From Chloroflexota bacterium (GTDB taxonomy: Bacteria; Chloroflexota; Dehalococcoidia; Lucifugimonadales; Lucifugimonadaceae), in NCBI GenBank assembly GCA_018649665.1, contig JABIHL010000098.1, positions 660 through 64,659 of the forward strand: a DNA stretch of 64,000 nucleotides, in the 5' to 3' direction. The notes under the pieces were generated by a model. It was given only the letters and a program-made list of their open reading frames with translations, was not told the origin of the DNA and made no database searches. The position numbers were made by a program, and so were the translations under genes. Positions 18,732 to 29,203 of the stretch are shown here, piece by piece (position 1 is the first letter of the stretch; each line of letters starts with the position of its first letter).

Positions 18732-20600
18732 CTAACTGCGGCCATTTTTGGCGGTTCCGTGATCCAGTGCACGATCAAGTATGAAAGCTGAGTTGATCAG
18801 AGCAAGATGCGTAAACGCCTGAGGGAAGTTCCCGAGCATGTCGCCGGTAGGCCCTGTCTCTTCGGCGAATAGACCGAGCGGACTCGCATACCCGAGCATT
18901 CGCTCAAACAAGAATCGAGCATCTTCCAACCGACCCGACCTTGTGTACGATTCGGCAAGCCAGAAAGTGCACATCGTGAATGTGCCCTCTCTGCCTTCGA
19001 GTCCGTCGAGCGACTCTTCGGGATCGTAGCGATACACGAGCGAATCTCGGGTCAATGTCTCTTCGATTCGCTTCAAAGTCGAGCTCATCCGAGGATCACG
19101 TGGAGATAGCGCACCGATGTTCAGCAGCTGAAGCAGCGCAGCGTCCACGACGTTCGATCCATATGACTGCGTAAAGCTCTGTAGTTCTTCGTTCCAGCCT
19201 TTGTCCACGATCTCGCGGAAGATGTCGTCCCGAGCCGATATCCACATATCTCGATTCGCAGGGAATGATCGCTCGTCGGCAAGTTTCAGACCTTTGGCGA
19301 GTGCGTTCCATGCCATCAGCTTCGAATGAACGAACTGCTTTCGACCGCCTCGAACTTCCCAAATGCCTTCGTCTGGTTTCTGCCAATTACCCGCAACCCA
19401 ATCGAGAATCTTCGACAGCGACATCCACATGTCGTACGAAATCGGCCAGCCGTGTCGGTTGTATATGTAGACCGATTCCATCAGCTCGCCGTAAATATCA
19501 AGCTGGAACTGGTCGTAAGCGCCATTTCCGATGCGCACCGGCTTCGAGTTTCGATATCCGCTTAGGTGATCGAGAGTTTTCTCTTCCAGTTGGTGTTCGC
19601 CGCGAATGCCGTACATGATCTGCAGTGGTGATTCGGAATTTCCGTTCGTTTCACGCGTGCGCCTTCCGAGCCAGCGCATGAATCCGCGTGCCTCATCGAC
19701 GTAGCCCATTCGCATGAAGGCATCGATTGTTAGCGCGGCGTCGCGTATCCAGCAGTAGCGATAATCCCAGTTGCGTTCGCCACCGATTTCTTCAGGAAGC
19801 GATGCAGTTGGAGCCGCGATAATTGCGCCAGTAGGCGAGAACGTTAGGAGTTTCAGGACGAGGAGTGAGCGAATCACATCTTCTCGCCATCGACCCTGAT
19901 ACGTGCACTTGGATACCCAATCACGCCAGAAATCGACGGTTTCCCTGAACAAAACATCGGCATCATCGGCGGTCAGGTCGACCGGCATTTCACCGTTGCT
20001 ATCGAACTGCTCAAGAACGAACGCTATCGATTCGCCATGATCGAGTTTGAAGTCGGCATATGCGGTGCCATCTTCGATAATGAATTCGCAGGGTGCTGTA
20101 AGTGAAATTCGCACGCCGTTATCGGATGTAAAAATTACGCCGCCATCAGTTTTTTCAACTTGGTGACCCGTGCTTGCAAACTCGAATGCTGGCTTGCACT
20201 CCATTCGCATATTCGTTTCGCCGAGCAACCCCTGCACGAGACGAACAATTTTTGATTCTTCGCAATCGATTTCTGGTTGCGTGTCGGTCCAGGGATCACT
20301 ACCAAAACCATGGTCTTCATGAACTGGCATGAAGTCTGTCACCTGCGCAGCCGAATGATCGCTTCCGAACCGGGTGATAAGAACGTTCGTCTCGGGAAAG
20401 TAAATTTGGCGATTATCGACTGCATCCACAGCTGAAATCGAAAAATGGCCACCCTTCTCATCATCGAGAAGACTGTTGAATACAGCCGGAGAATCGAAGA
20501 ACGGCAGGCACAACCAGTCGATCGACCCATCGTTACCGACGAGTGCCGCTGTGTGCATATTTCCGATCAGACCGTAGTCTTCAATTCTCTTATAAGTCAT
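18732..20600 (-). CDS. GH15 glycoside hydrolase (trehalase/glucoamylase type)
   Basis: IEDYGLIG, GSIDWLC.P.FDS, ERNWDYRYCWIRD, GIWEVRG, LGNFPQAFTH. Confidence 0.92.
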   Translation of the reverse strand: MTYKRIEDYGLIGNMHTAALVGNDGSIDWLCLPFFDSPAVFNSLLDDEKGGHFSISAVDAVDNRQIYFPETNVLITRFGSDHSAAQVTDFMPVHEDHGFGSDPWTDTQPEIDCEESKIVRLVQGLLGETNMRMECKPAFEFASTGHQVEKTDGGVIFTSDNGVRISLTAPCEFIIEDGTAYADFKLDHGESIAFVLEQFDSNGEMPVDLTADDADVLFRETVDFWRDWVSKCTYQGRWREDVIRSLLVLKLLTFSPTGAIIAAPTASLPEEIGGERNWDYRYCWIRDAALTIDAFMRMGYVDEARGFMRWLGRRTRETNGNSESPLQIMYGIRGEHQLEEKTLDHLSGYRNSKPVRIGNGAYDQFQLDIYGELMESVYIYNRHGWPISYDMWMSLSKILDWVAGNWQKPDEGIWEVRGGRKQFVHSKLMAWNALAKGLKLADERSFPANRDMWISARDDIFREIVDKGWNEELQSFTQSYGSNVVDAALLQLLNIGALSPRDPRMSSTLKRIEETLTRDSLVYRYDPEESLDGLEGREGTFTMCTFWLAESYTRSGRLEDARFLFERMLGYASPLGLFAEETGPTGDMLGNFPQAFTHLALINSAFILDRALDHGTAKNGRS

Positions 20601-20831
20601 TGGTAATGAGAACCATTAGTCCCAAAATACAAGCGCTATTATCTCGATATGCAAAATCTGTCTCAACGAGTTTGATGGGGCAGATTAGAGTTGGCAACAG
20701 CAATCAAGCTCAGCGAGAGAAATGGCGTATTTGCGGCATTTGGATATTATTCATCAGCAGTACGGTATTGACCAGGTAGGAATACATATCTAGGCCCTAA
20801 CCTCACTGAAGCAAGTAGAAGTCTCGGAATA

Positions 20832-21236
20832 ATGACGCAAATCATCGAACTGTTGTCCAAGAAATTTATTCTTATTCCCATTTTGTCCGTTGTGGTGATC
20901 GCAGCGTTGGCCGTCGTGCTCAACGCTCCAAACGATGACGTATGGGTCGTTCACGACGATCAATACTCTCCACATCCCGACAGCATCTTCTACGTGGTCG
21001 AAAGAAAATCTCCGTTTGGAGAAAATGAAAAAAACGAGGATTCTCAGGGCTATCAGCGTATTTGTCTGCTGCTCGAATTCACCGAGCAAGGCGCAAACGG
21101 TAGTCAGCTATACGAAGCACACTCTATCGAAGACGCTGAGTGGAGGCGATGTCGTGATTACTCCGCCACTGACAAGCCGAAAATCGTGTCAGCTTCAATT
21201 CCATCCGAGCTTAGAGAAGAATTTGGACTCGATTAG
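20832..21236 (+). CDS. Membrane-anchored hypothetical protein, paralogue of 21550-21984
   Basis: N-terminal TM/signal; motifs shared with the neighbouring ORF. Confidence 0.7.
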   Translation: MTQIIELLSKKFILIPILSVVVIAALAVVLNAPNDDVWVVHDDQYSPHPDSIFYVVERKSPFGENEKNEDSQGYQRICLLLEFTEQGANGSQLYEAHSIEDAEWRRCRDYSATDKPKIVSASIPSELREEFGLD

Positions 21237-21549
21237 CGCTGGCTAGCACTTCAAATAAATCGGTACTCAGAATCACTCGATCGACACGTGAATTAGGGAA
21301 TCCTCATACGAAAACTCAAATCCATCCATAAGCTGCGCACCAACACATCGGGCGATTGATCACAGCTAAACGGGTGATTTGAACATGATTGACAAGCTTT
21401 CCACGATTTTCCACTGGAACGTTCGAATCGACAGCAAATAGTTGCACCCGTCGATCCTCAGGAATTCTGCATGGGAGGGCCGAGAAAAGTGTGTAACGGT
21501 TGAGACCAGCGAACACAATTCACGCTAGTTAGTAACAAAGTTCAGCAAC

Positions 21550-21984
21550 ATGCTCATGAAAAACAGCGGCGTTCCGTCAAACCCCAAGTTGATCACATTG
21601 TTACTACCACTCTTTGTAATCCTGCTCGCTACGATGTCATGTGCACCTCCCTCAATCGATAATTGGGTTCAACATGACAATACCGACGTCGATAATCCGA
21701 CCATGCTCTACTATGTGCTCGAAGCTAAAGATAAGGACGGAAAATCCATAGGCAGCAGTTCAACCGATAGCACCGATGATTGCCGGCTTCTCCCGCTCGA
21801 TAGATACGAAACGATGGATCCCCACGGTAATAATCACTACAAAGCTCGAACCGCAGATAAAACGATCTGGGACCGTTGCTGGGATTACTACAACACCGAT
21901 AAACCACCTCTGGTAATCAATTCGATTCCGAAAGAATTTGCTGAGCAAATGAGTATCGAAATTCCTGAGTTCATCTTCGACTAG
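21550..21984 (+). CDS. Hypothetical lipoprotein, paralogue of 20832-21236
   Basis: Lipobox-like TMSC; shared motifs WVxHD, YVxE.K, W.RC.DY..TDKP, SIP.E. Confidence 0.7.
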   Translation: MLMKNSGVPSNPKLITLLLPLFVILLATMSCAPPSIDNWVQHDNTDVDNPTMLYYVLEAKDKDGKSIGSSSTDSTDDCRLLPLDRYETMDPHGNNHYKARTADKTIWDRCWDYYNTDKPPLVINSIPKEFAEQMSIEIPEFIFD

Positions 21985-22078
21985 CAACTCGAAACCCGAA
22001 CGTGAACTATCGGTGCTGTGGTACGCTCCAAATCGATCTGGGAACGTCGCCAGATAACAGTGTTGTCCGGAGTACCAC

Positions 22079-24256
22079 ATGGGTCGATTGATCCTCGTTT
22101 CGAACCGGCTGCCGGTCACAATTCAAGATGACACGAATGGTCAAAAGGTCAATCGCAGTTCAGGCGGTCTCGTGGCGGGACTCGACCCGCTTCATCTCAA
22201 CGGCGACGGTATTTGGATCGGATATCCGGGAACCGCTCCTGACGACAACGCCAACAAGCTTTTGGCCGACATGCGGCTCGAACCGGTCGCAATTCCCGAT
22301 TCCGAATACGCCGGGTACTACGAAGGTTTTTCGAACGGCGCTATCTGGCCGCTGTTCCATTATTTGTTAGAGCATTGCAACTTTTATCCCGCCGCGTTTG
22401 AAGATTACAAACGAGTCAACGAACGGTTCGCCGAGAAAATTCTCGAACACGCCAAAGACGACGATACGATCTGGATTCACGATTACCAGCTGATGCTCGT
22501 GCCGAGCATGCTTCGTGAAAAGCTGCCGGGCGCTCGAATCGGATTCTTCTTGCACATCCCGTTCCCGTCTTCGGAAGTATTCCGAGTGATGCCACAACGA
22601 GAAGAACTGCTGCGAGGTCTTCTTGGTGCCGATCTGATCGGCGTGCACACGTTCGAATACGCCGATAACCTCGCAAGATCTTTCAGGCGTGTTCTTGGTC
22701 ACGAATCTCGTCAGGGCGTGGTGAATTTGTCGGGTCGGAAAGTTCGTATTGAGGCGCATCCGCTTGGAATCGATGTCGAAAGCCAGCGGAATGCTGCTTT
22801 CTCCGATGACGCAGAACAAATTCTCACTCGCTACAAGCGAAACATTGGCGATGCCCAAGTAATTCTTGGCGTCGATCGACTCGACTACACAAAAGGCCTC
22901 CCAAACAAGCTCGAAGCGTTCAAGGAATTACTCGACCGAGAGCCGCGGTGGCGAGAGGGCGCAGTGCTGATTCAAGTAGCGGTTCCTTCACGAGAGGCAA
23001 TCGGAAGTTATCGCGACCAGAAGTCGGAAATTGAACGACTCGTTGGCGAGATAAATGGGCTCTACGGCAGAGCGGGTCACACTCCGATTCAGTACATATA
23101 CGGTTCCGTATCTCCTGCCGAACTAGGGGCGTTATATCGACTCGCAGACGTAGCGCTTGTGTCGCCGATCAGAGACGGGCTGAATCTCGTTGCGAAGGAA
23201 TATGTATCGATTCGAGATGACGGCGCCGGGGTGTTGGTTCTAAGCGAATTCGCGGGAGCAGCAACCGAACTAGGCGAGGCGCTTCGTATAAACCCGTGGG
23301 ACGTTCGAGGGACCGCCGACCAGATTGAACGTGCGCTCGATATGGGATTCGGCGAACGCAACGAACGAATGGCACCTATGCACAAGCGGGTTGTCGAAAA
23401 CGACGTTCATCTATGGGTGGGGCGTTTCATACGATCGCTGGGTACACCAAAAAACGAAATTTCAGCGACTCCACCGATGCTCGCTTCAAGCACTCTTGCT
23501 GAATCGCTCGCCAGCGCGTTCGCCAAGGCGGAAAATCCGCTAATCATGCTCGACTACGACGGCACTCTGCGAGAGTTCACTGTTCGACACGACGAGGCGA
23601 AACCAACTGAAGAAATATTGGATATTGTCTCTAGTTTGAGTTCGCTTCGTGACACCAGCGTGTACATCAATACGGGTCGTGATCGAAACACGATTGGTGA
23701 TTGGTTCGAGGGTGTCGATGTTTCACTGATAGCCGAGCACGGGTCATGGACGAAGGAAAAGGGTCAACCGAGCTGGAAACGAGCCGGTGACGAGCCCGAT
23801 CTTTCGTGGCAAGCCGAGGCTATGCCAATTCTGGAAGACTATAAATCTCGAACTCCTGGCGTTCAGATCGAGAAAAAATCGTCGGGACTTGTTTGGCACT
23901 ATCGAGAAGCCGAAGCTGACATCGGCGAATTTCAAGCGCTCGATCTAACCACACATCTCGAAAACACTCTGGCAGGAGCACCAGTCGAGATTCTCACCGG
24001 CTCCAAAATTGTCGAAATAAGACAATACGGAATCGATAAAGGGCGCGCCTATAGTCACGTATCGTCTACCAGCGGTCCGTACGATTTTGTGCTGGCAATC
24101 GGCGATGATCGTACCGACGAAGACCTGTTCGCTGCCGTTGGTGAAGACGGATACACGGTCCACGTGGGTCCCGGCGGGTCGATCGCCGCTTCGTCGCTCC
24201 ACTCACCCGGATCAGTCCGACGTTTCCTAGCACTACTAGTCAAAGCGAGGTCTTAA
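22079..24256 (+). CDS. Bifunctional trehalose-6-phosphate synthase/phosphatase (OtsA-OtsB fusion)
   Basis: VSNRLP, WIHDYQL, FFLHIPFP, DRLDYTKG, DGLNLVAKEY, then HAD motifs DYDGTL and GDDRTDED. Confidence 0.95.
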   Translation: MGRLILVSNRLPVTIQDDTNGQKVNRSSGGLVAGLDPLHLNGDGIWIGYPGTAPDDNANKLLADMRLEPVAIPDSEYAGYYEGFSNGAIWPLFHYLLEHCNFYPAAFEDYKRVNERFAEKILEHAKDDDTIWIHDYQLMLVPSMLREKLPGARIGFFLHIPFPSSEVFRVMPQREELLRGLLGADLIGVHTFEYADNLARSFRRVLGHESRQGVVNLSGRKVRIEAHPLGIDVESQRNAAFSDDAEQILTRYKRNIGDAQVILGVDRLDYTKGLPNKLEAFKELLDREPRWREGAVLIQVAVPSREAIGSYRDQKSEIERLVGEINGLYGRAGHTPIQYIYGSVSPAELGALYRLADVALVSPIRDGLNLVAKEYVSIRDDGAGVLVLSEFAGAATELGEALRINPWDVRGTADQIERALDMGFGERNERMAPMHKRVVENDVHLWVGRFIRSLGTPKNEISATPPMLASSTLAESLASAFAKAENPLIMLDYDGTLREFTVRHDEAKPTEEILDIVSSLSSLRDTSVYINTGRDRNTIGDWFEGVDVSLIAEHGSWTKEKGQPSWKRAGDEPDLSWQAEAMPILEDYKSRTPGVQIEKKSSGLVWHYREAEADIGEFQALDLTTHLENTLAGAPVEILTGSKIVEIRQYGIDKGRAYSHVSSTSGPYDFVLAIGDDRTDEDLFAAVGEDGYTVHVGPGGSIAASSLHSPGSVRRFLALLVKARS

Positions 24257-24351
24257 CCACACCGAGACGCTCAAGTTATTTCCATCTACAATCTGCTGCA
24301 CTTGAGCTAATCCCCAGTGCCAAGCTACAAAAGAACTAAGCACCAAATCGT

Positions 24352-24425
24352 CCCCCTTCCGGATGGAAGGGGCTAGGGGTAGGAGAATCACGAGCCGAGT
24401 CATCCGATGACGAACGCGAGTAACG
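24352..24425 (+). repeat. Structured element A, copy 1 (6 nt before enolase-family ATG)
   Basis: CCCCTTCCGGATGGAAGGGG-CTAGGGGTAGGAGAAT...GAGCCGAGTCATCCGATGACGA...TAACG. Confidence 0.9.
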
Positions 24426-24431
24426 CACACC

Positions 24432-25649
24432 ATGAAAATCACCGATATCAAAACCCACGTTGTTATGCCTATTCCGGGTCTCGCATGGCTCTTTGTCGAG
24501 GTTGAAACCGACGAAGGCGTGTCGGGTCTTGGCGAATGCACCGATTACGCCGTAAACAGCCACTTAGTCCGCGGAATCGAAGCTATCAAGCCGCTTGTTG
24601 TTGGTTCCGATCCCAAGAACATCGAAGAAATCTGGCAGCGCATCTTCCACGTGAACTCCGACCTCAACGGTCGTGGTTATATTTCGCACTTAATCAGCGC
24701 AATCGATATCGCACTTTGGGACATCAAGGGCAAAGTTCTCGGAGTTCCTATTTACGATCTGCTCGGTGGTGCCGTTCGTGAAAGCGTTCCGCTCTACACG
24801 CACGTTCGTGACATCAGCGCCGGTCAGGGCATCGAAGTGATGCAAGAAGAGGCCCGCCTCACGATGGCAGCTGGATACAAAGCGATCAAAACCGATCCAT
24901 TCCCAAATCGTCGAACCATGGGCGAAACGTTCTACGGCGCAAACATGGTCGAACGTATGGATCCAAAAGGAATTGCAGAGGCCGTCGAATGGATGGAAGC
25001 GCTACGAGAAACCGTCGGTCCCGAGTACGAAATTCTCGTAGATGCCCATGCTCGAATGGATGTAGCTTCGGCTATCAAGGCAGCCAACGCCATCGAACAT
25101 ATCGACCTCGTTTGGTTTGAAGAGCCAACTCACGTTGAAAACCACAACGCCCTTCGCCAGATTCGCGAAAACACGAACGTTCCACTATGCGTCGGCGAAC
25201 GACACTTCACTCGCTGGGACTACGATGAAATCCTTCGTGATCGGTTAGTAGACTTCATCATGCCCGACATTGCGTGGTGCGGCGGAATTAGTGAAATTCG
25301 TCGTATAGCCTCGATGGCTGAGATTCAGTACATCAATGTCAGCCCGCACGATGCGCTCGGACCCGTAGCTATCGCCGCATCGTTTCAGGCTTCGATTGCA
25401 ATTCCAAACCTCTATCGAGAAGAGTGCCTGCATACGTGGTTTGAGACCTTCGAGAAGATCATCACACCCATGTTCGATGTGCGTGACGGTTCGATATTCC
25501 CGAACGGTCGTCCCGGGCTTGGTATCGAACTAATTCCAGAGGCAATGGAAGAGTTCGCCATCGATGTCGACTCGCCCGAAGCGCAGCCCGGCTGGTGGAA
25601 CAACGCCAACAAAGCCACCGGAGCTTGGGCAACCGCTGACAACGAGTGA
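24432..25649 (+). CDS. Mandelate racemase/MLE (enolase superfamily) acid-sugar dehydratase, DgoD-like
   Basis: SAIDIALWDIKGK, KTD, metal ligands VDAH/WFEEP/VGER, PH. Confidence 0.9.
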   Translation: MKITDIKTHVVMPIPGLAWLFVEVETDEGVSGLGECTDYAVNSHLVRGIEAIKPLVVGSDPKNIEEIWQRIFHVNSDLNGRGYISHLISAIDIALWDIKGKVLGVPIYDLLGGAVRESVPLYTHVRDISAGQGIEVMQEEARLTMAAGYKAIKTDPFPNRRTMGETFYGANMVERMDPKGIAEAVEWMEALRETVGPEYEILVDAHARMDVASAIKAANAIEHIDLVWFEEPTHVENHNALRQIRENTNVPLCVGERHFTRWDYDEILRDRLVDFIMPDIAWCGGISEIRRIASMAEIQYINVSPHDALGPVAIAASFQASIAIPNLYREECLHTWFETFEKIITPMFDVRDGSIFPNGRPGLGIELIPEAMEEFAIDVDSPEAQPGWWNNANKATGAWATADNE

Positions 25650-25774
25650 CATGGCACGTTTTCTGCGAGTTTGAGTGTACTTAGGCTGAATAGACACGCC
25701 CGTTCCGCTGAATAATTTACGCTCGACTAGGAACGCCGAACGCCGCCAAAATACGCCCCGCGCCCAGCAATCAA

Positions 25775-25812
25775 CTTCCCGAGGCCGCCGAGGGATCTGG
25801 GGCGGTGTCGCG
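25775..25812. repeat. Solo arm of REPIN-like family B
   Basis: CTTCCCGAG...CGAGGGATCTGG resembles the left arm at 61047. Confidence 0.5.
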
Positions 25813-25994
25813 CCTAAAGCCAAAATCGACAAACTCAGCCACTTCCACATTCACTGCCATCACACCCACGCGCCTTCTCTCACGACGATTTCACATCGTC
25901 TGGTGCCCACTGGACATAAACTTCCGAACAGTTTTAGTCTCGCGCTGAGCGATTTGATTCGATTCAGTGCGCAAATAAGCGATCGGAGAATGAT

Positions 25995-27365
25995 GTGGTT
26001 GATCAGAAACAGAAAAAGTTCTTACTTTCCGAAAATGACATTCCGAAGCAGTGGTACAACATCAGTCCCGACTTGCCAACGCCGTTGTCGCCACCGCTTC
26101 ATCCGGGAACCCTAGAACCAGCCGGTCCTGCCGATCTCGCACCGCTATTTCCTAACGAGCTAATCATGCAGGAAGTAAGCCAAGATCGTTGGATCGATAT
26201 TCCAGACCCTGTCCGTGACATGTACCGAATGTGGCGTCCTACCCCGCTAATTCGGGCAACCGGACTCGAAAAAGCCCTCGGCACTCCCGCCAAAATTTTC
26301 TTTAAATACGAAGGTGTCAGCCCTGTAGGAAGTCACAAGCCCAACACTGCAGTTGCGCAGGCGTACTACAACAAGATCGAAGGCACGAAGCGAATCGTCA
26401 CCGAAACAGGAGCCGGACAATGGGGCAGTGCGCTGTCATACGCCTGCCAGCAGTTCGGACTCGATGCCAAGGTCTACATGGTGAAGGCAAGTTACGATCA
26501 GAAGCCTTATCGCAAATCAATGATGCAGACTTGGGGCGGAACGGTTACCCCAAGCCCAAGTAACGAAACCGAAGCTGGTCGAAGCATTTTGGCTGAAGAC
26601 CCGAATTCACCGGGATCACTCGGAATTGCAATATCAGAAGCCGTCGAAATAGCTGCGCAGAACGACGATACAAAATACTCTCTCGGCTCTGTTTTGAATC
26701 ACGTTCTGATGCACCAGACCGTGATCGGACAAGAAGCGATTCTTCAGATGGAAATGGCAGACGCTTACCCCGACATCGTGATCGGTTGTGCTGGCGGAGG
26801 ATCAAACCTCGCCGGAATTTCGTTCCCGTTCATCGCCGACAAACTGTCTGGCAAGACGAACACAAGGTTCATCGCTGTCGAACCGGAAGCTTCGCCTTCA
26901 CTAACGAAGGGTGAGTTCGCTTACGACTTTGGTGACGCTATCGGAACAACTCCTTTGTTCAAGATGCACACGCTGGGTCATACGTTCGTTCCGAACCCGA
27001 TTCACGCCGGGGGCCTTCGATACCACGGCATGGCTCCACTGGTTAGCGCTCTGTTCGACGCAGGGGTGTACGAGGCGAGGGCGTATCACCAGAACGCCTG
27101 CTTCGAGGCAGCTGTTCTGTTTGCAAGCACAGAGGGCATCATTCCTGCCCCGGAGCCAACTCACGCCATAAAGGCAGCAATCGACGAGGCTCTGATAGCC
27201 AAAGAGACCGGCGAAGAGAAGAACATCTTGTTCCACCTCTGTGGTCACGGTCATTTGGATCTATCGGCGTACGACAACTACTTCTCAGGCGACATGGTCG
27301 ACTACGCACTACCTTCCGAAGCAATCGCCGAAGCGATGAAGAGCGTTCCACAGATCGGAAAATAG
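25995..27365 (+). CDS. trpB2: TrpB2-type tryptophan synthase beta-like PLP enzyme
   Basis: [46 protein letters not shown]. Confidence 0.93.
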   Translation: MVDQKQKKFLLSENDIPKQWYNISPDLPTPLSPPLHPGTLEPAGPADLAPLFPNELIMQEVSQDRWIDIPDPVRDMYRMWRPTPLIRATGLEKALGTPAKIFFKYEGVSPVGSHKPNTAVAQAYYNKIEGTKRIVTETGAGQWGSALSYACQQFGLDAKVYMVKASYDQKPYRKSMMQTWGGTVTPSPSNETEAGRSILAEDPNSPGSLGIAISEAVEIAAQNDDTKYSLGSVLNHVLMHQTVIGQEAILQMEMADAYPDIVIGCAGGGSNLAGISFPFIADKLSGKTNTRFIAVEPEASPSLTKGEFAYDFGDAIGTTPLFKMHTLGHTFVPNPIHAGGLRYHGMAPLVSALFDAGVYEARAYHQNACFEAAVLFASTEGIIPAPEPTHAIKAAIDEALIAKETGEEKNILFHLCGHGHLDLSAYDNYFSGDMVDYALPSEAIAEAMKSVPQIGK

Positions 27366-27392
27366 CCAGCTAGCTGGACTAAATACTTGAAA

Positions 27393-27426
27393 TAAAAAGG
27401 GATCGACGATTGTCGATCCCTTTTTT
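27393..27426. terminator. Intrinsic terminator after trpB2
   Basis: AAAAAGGGATCGACGATTGTCGATCCCTTTTTT. Confidence 0.85.
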
Positions 27427-27591
27427 CATTGGACTTACCAGCCCACTGCAACCAATGTCATGCTGAATTCATTTTCAGTATCAAACGCTGACACGCCGAC
27501 TATTGAGAGCCTCACCGAAAGAAAATCACACGAGTCTACTGATACAGTGGCGTGCTGCGAATCGTTCACAAACTATCGAGAGCTGAATCAC

Positions 27592-28521
27592 TTGTCGTAC
27601 ACCCACATCTTTGCCGGAAACTCATTTGACCGAGGCGACCACGAGCGCCGGGACGAAGAGCTACTGAAGAAGATGATTCGGCAAGACAACACAAAGCTAC
27701 TGCCGTTCCACAAACTGCAACCCTTAGTACGACGAAGCCCCGAGGCTGAACTCGCTTGGATAGGTCATGACTTTCTCGACGGACTTCCAGAAGAAGCTGG
27801 CGGGCCTAAATTTCTAGGATTCGATGCTGATCGAAATCCGCACTTCGCAGTCGATATATCAGCGGTCGAAGATCCTTCGGGGATAGCATCTCTGGCCTCA
27901 GATGCTTCGTTCGAAGACGGCAGAGCCGCGGCAACGGATATTCCGCAGGATCAATCGGGAATTCTCGCTCAAGCTAGGTCAAATCTGAACTGGCATTCGC
28001 AGCACCGGTTCTGCTCGGTCTGCGGAAACGAATCGCAGAGTTTTCGGGGCGGACTTATGCGTCAATGTCCAAAATGCAGTTCGCAGCACTTCCCTCGAAC
28101 CGATCCTGTCGCGATCATGCTCGTCTACAAAGGCGATAAGTGCGTGCTGGGCCAAACTCTTGCACGTCAGAACTCAACGTTCTACTCGTGCCTCGCGGGA
28201 TTCATGGACCAAGGCGAAGCAATCGAAGAGGGTGTTCGCCGAGAGGTGATGGAAGAAGCGGGTCTCAAAGTAGGCAACGTTACTTACCACTCATCACAGC
28301 CCTGGCCGTTCCCATCGTCATTGATGATCGGCTGCCACGCCGAAGCTATTTCCGATGAGATCGTTGCTGATCCGGGCGAAATGGCCGCCGTTCGCTGGTT
28401 CACCAAGGACGAAGTTAAACTCGCACTCGAAGACAAGCTCGAAGGCGTGAACATACCCGGACCAATCGCCATCGCCCATCACCTGATCAAGGCGTGGGCG
28501 TACGACACCGCTAATATTTAG
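27592..28521 (+). CDS. nudC: NAD(H) diphosphatase NudC (TTG start inferred; ORF extends to 27460)
   Basis: RFCSVCG...CPKC zinc finger, FPRTDP, Nudix box, SQPWPFPSS. Confidence 0.92.
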   Translation: MSYTHIFAGNSFDRGDHERRDEELLKKMIRQDNTKLLPFHKLQPLVRRSPEAELAWIGHDFLDGLPEEAGGPKFLGFDADRNPHFAVDISAVEDPSGIASLASDASFEDGRAAATDIPQDQSGILAQARSNLNWHSQHRFCSVCGNESQSFRGGLMRQCPKCSSQHFPRTDPVAIMLVYKGDKCVLGQTLARQNSTFYSCLAGFMDQGEAIEEGVRREVMEEAGLKVGNVTYHSSQPWPFPSSLMIGCHAEAISDEIVADPGEMAAVRWFTKDEVKLALEDKLEGVNIPGPIAIAHHLIKAWAYDTANI

Positions 28522-28965
28522 ATGGAAATTCGATTCGCGATTTCAGGTGAAGAAGCTCGGGTTGTCGAGATGATCAACGATCTGATTATCGAACTTGGTG
28601 GTTCGCCTTTGCCGGTGAACGAAGCCGCCGAAACCACGAGGTTATTCATCGACGGTGATCTTCAAGGCACTGTGATCGTCGCTGAAAACGACAACGAACT
28701 GGTCGGAGTTTGCACGCTGACATACCAGCCTTCGATTCGAACGTTGGGCAACTACGCAATCATTCAAGAAATGTACGTAACGCCTGAATTTAGAAGTGCG
28801 AAGCTCGGCGCTCAACTGATCGATAGCGCAAAAACTATCGCAGCCGACGTTGGGTTTCCGATGGTGGAACTAAGCACACCTCCAAACGGCGAGCGAGCTG
28901 AAAATTTCTACAGGAATGTCGGCTTCACACAGGTCGGCGTTCGAATGCGCCACAAGTTCGAGTAG
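28522..28965 (+). CDS. GNAT-family acetyltransferase
   Basis: EMYVTPEFRSAKLGAQL...AENFYRNVGF. Confidence 0.85.
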   Translation: MEIRFAISGEEARVVEMINDLIIELGGSPLPVNEAAETTRLFIDGDLQGTVIVAENDNELVGVCTLTYQPSIRTLGNYAIIQEMYVTPEFRSAKLGAQLIDSAKTIAADVGFPMVELSTPPNGERAENFYRNVGFTQVGVRMRHKFE

Positions 28966-28994
28966 TCTCCGCCTGAAGAAAACGAGGCAATGCC

Positions 28995-29031
28995 TCACTC
29001 GATGAATTCGAGCCAAGTGCCTTCGGGGTCA
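28995..29031 (-). repeat. Displaced copy of the 3' end of the VOC gene (direct repeat of 30142-30176)
   Basis: 33 of 35 nt identical; encodes DPEGTWLEFIE* versus DPEGNWLEFIE*. Confidence 0.85.
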
Positions 29032-29203
29032 GATTCGCATTGCCAGCCCGAGTTCCGCGAACCACTAGGTGAAGCCCTCAATACGAGTCCAACCGAGATC
29101 AAACCACCAGTCGCTGATGATCGCGATCCGAGTCCTTAGTGTGAAACACAGTGTGCAGCAGTCACGCCACACAATGAACTACTCGGAAATTGATGCTCTA
29201 ATT

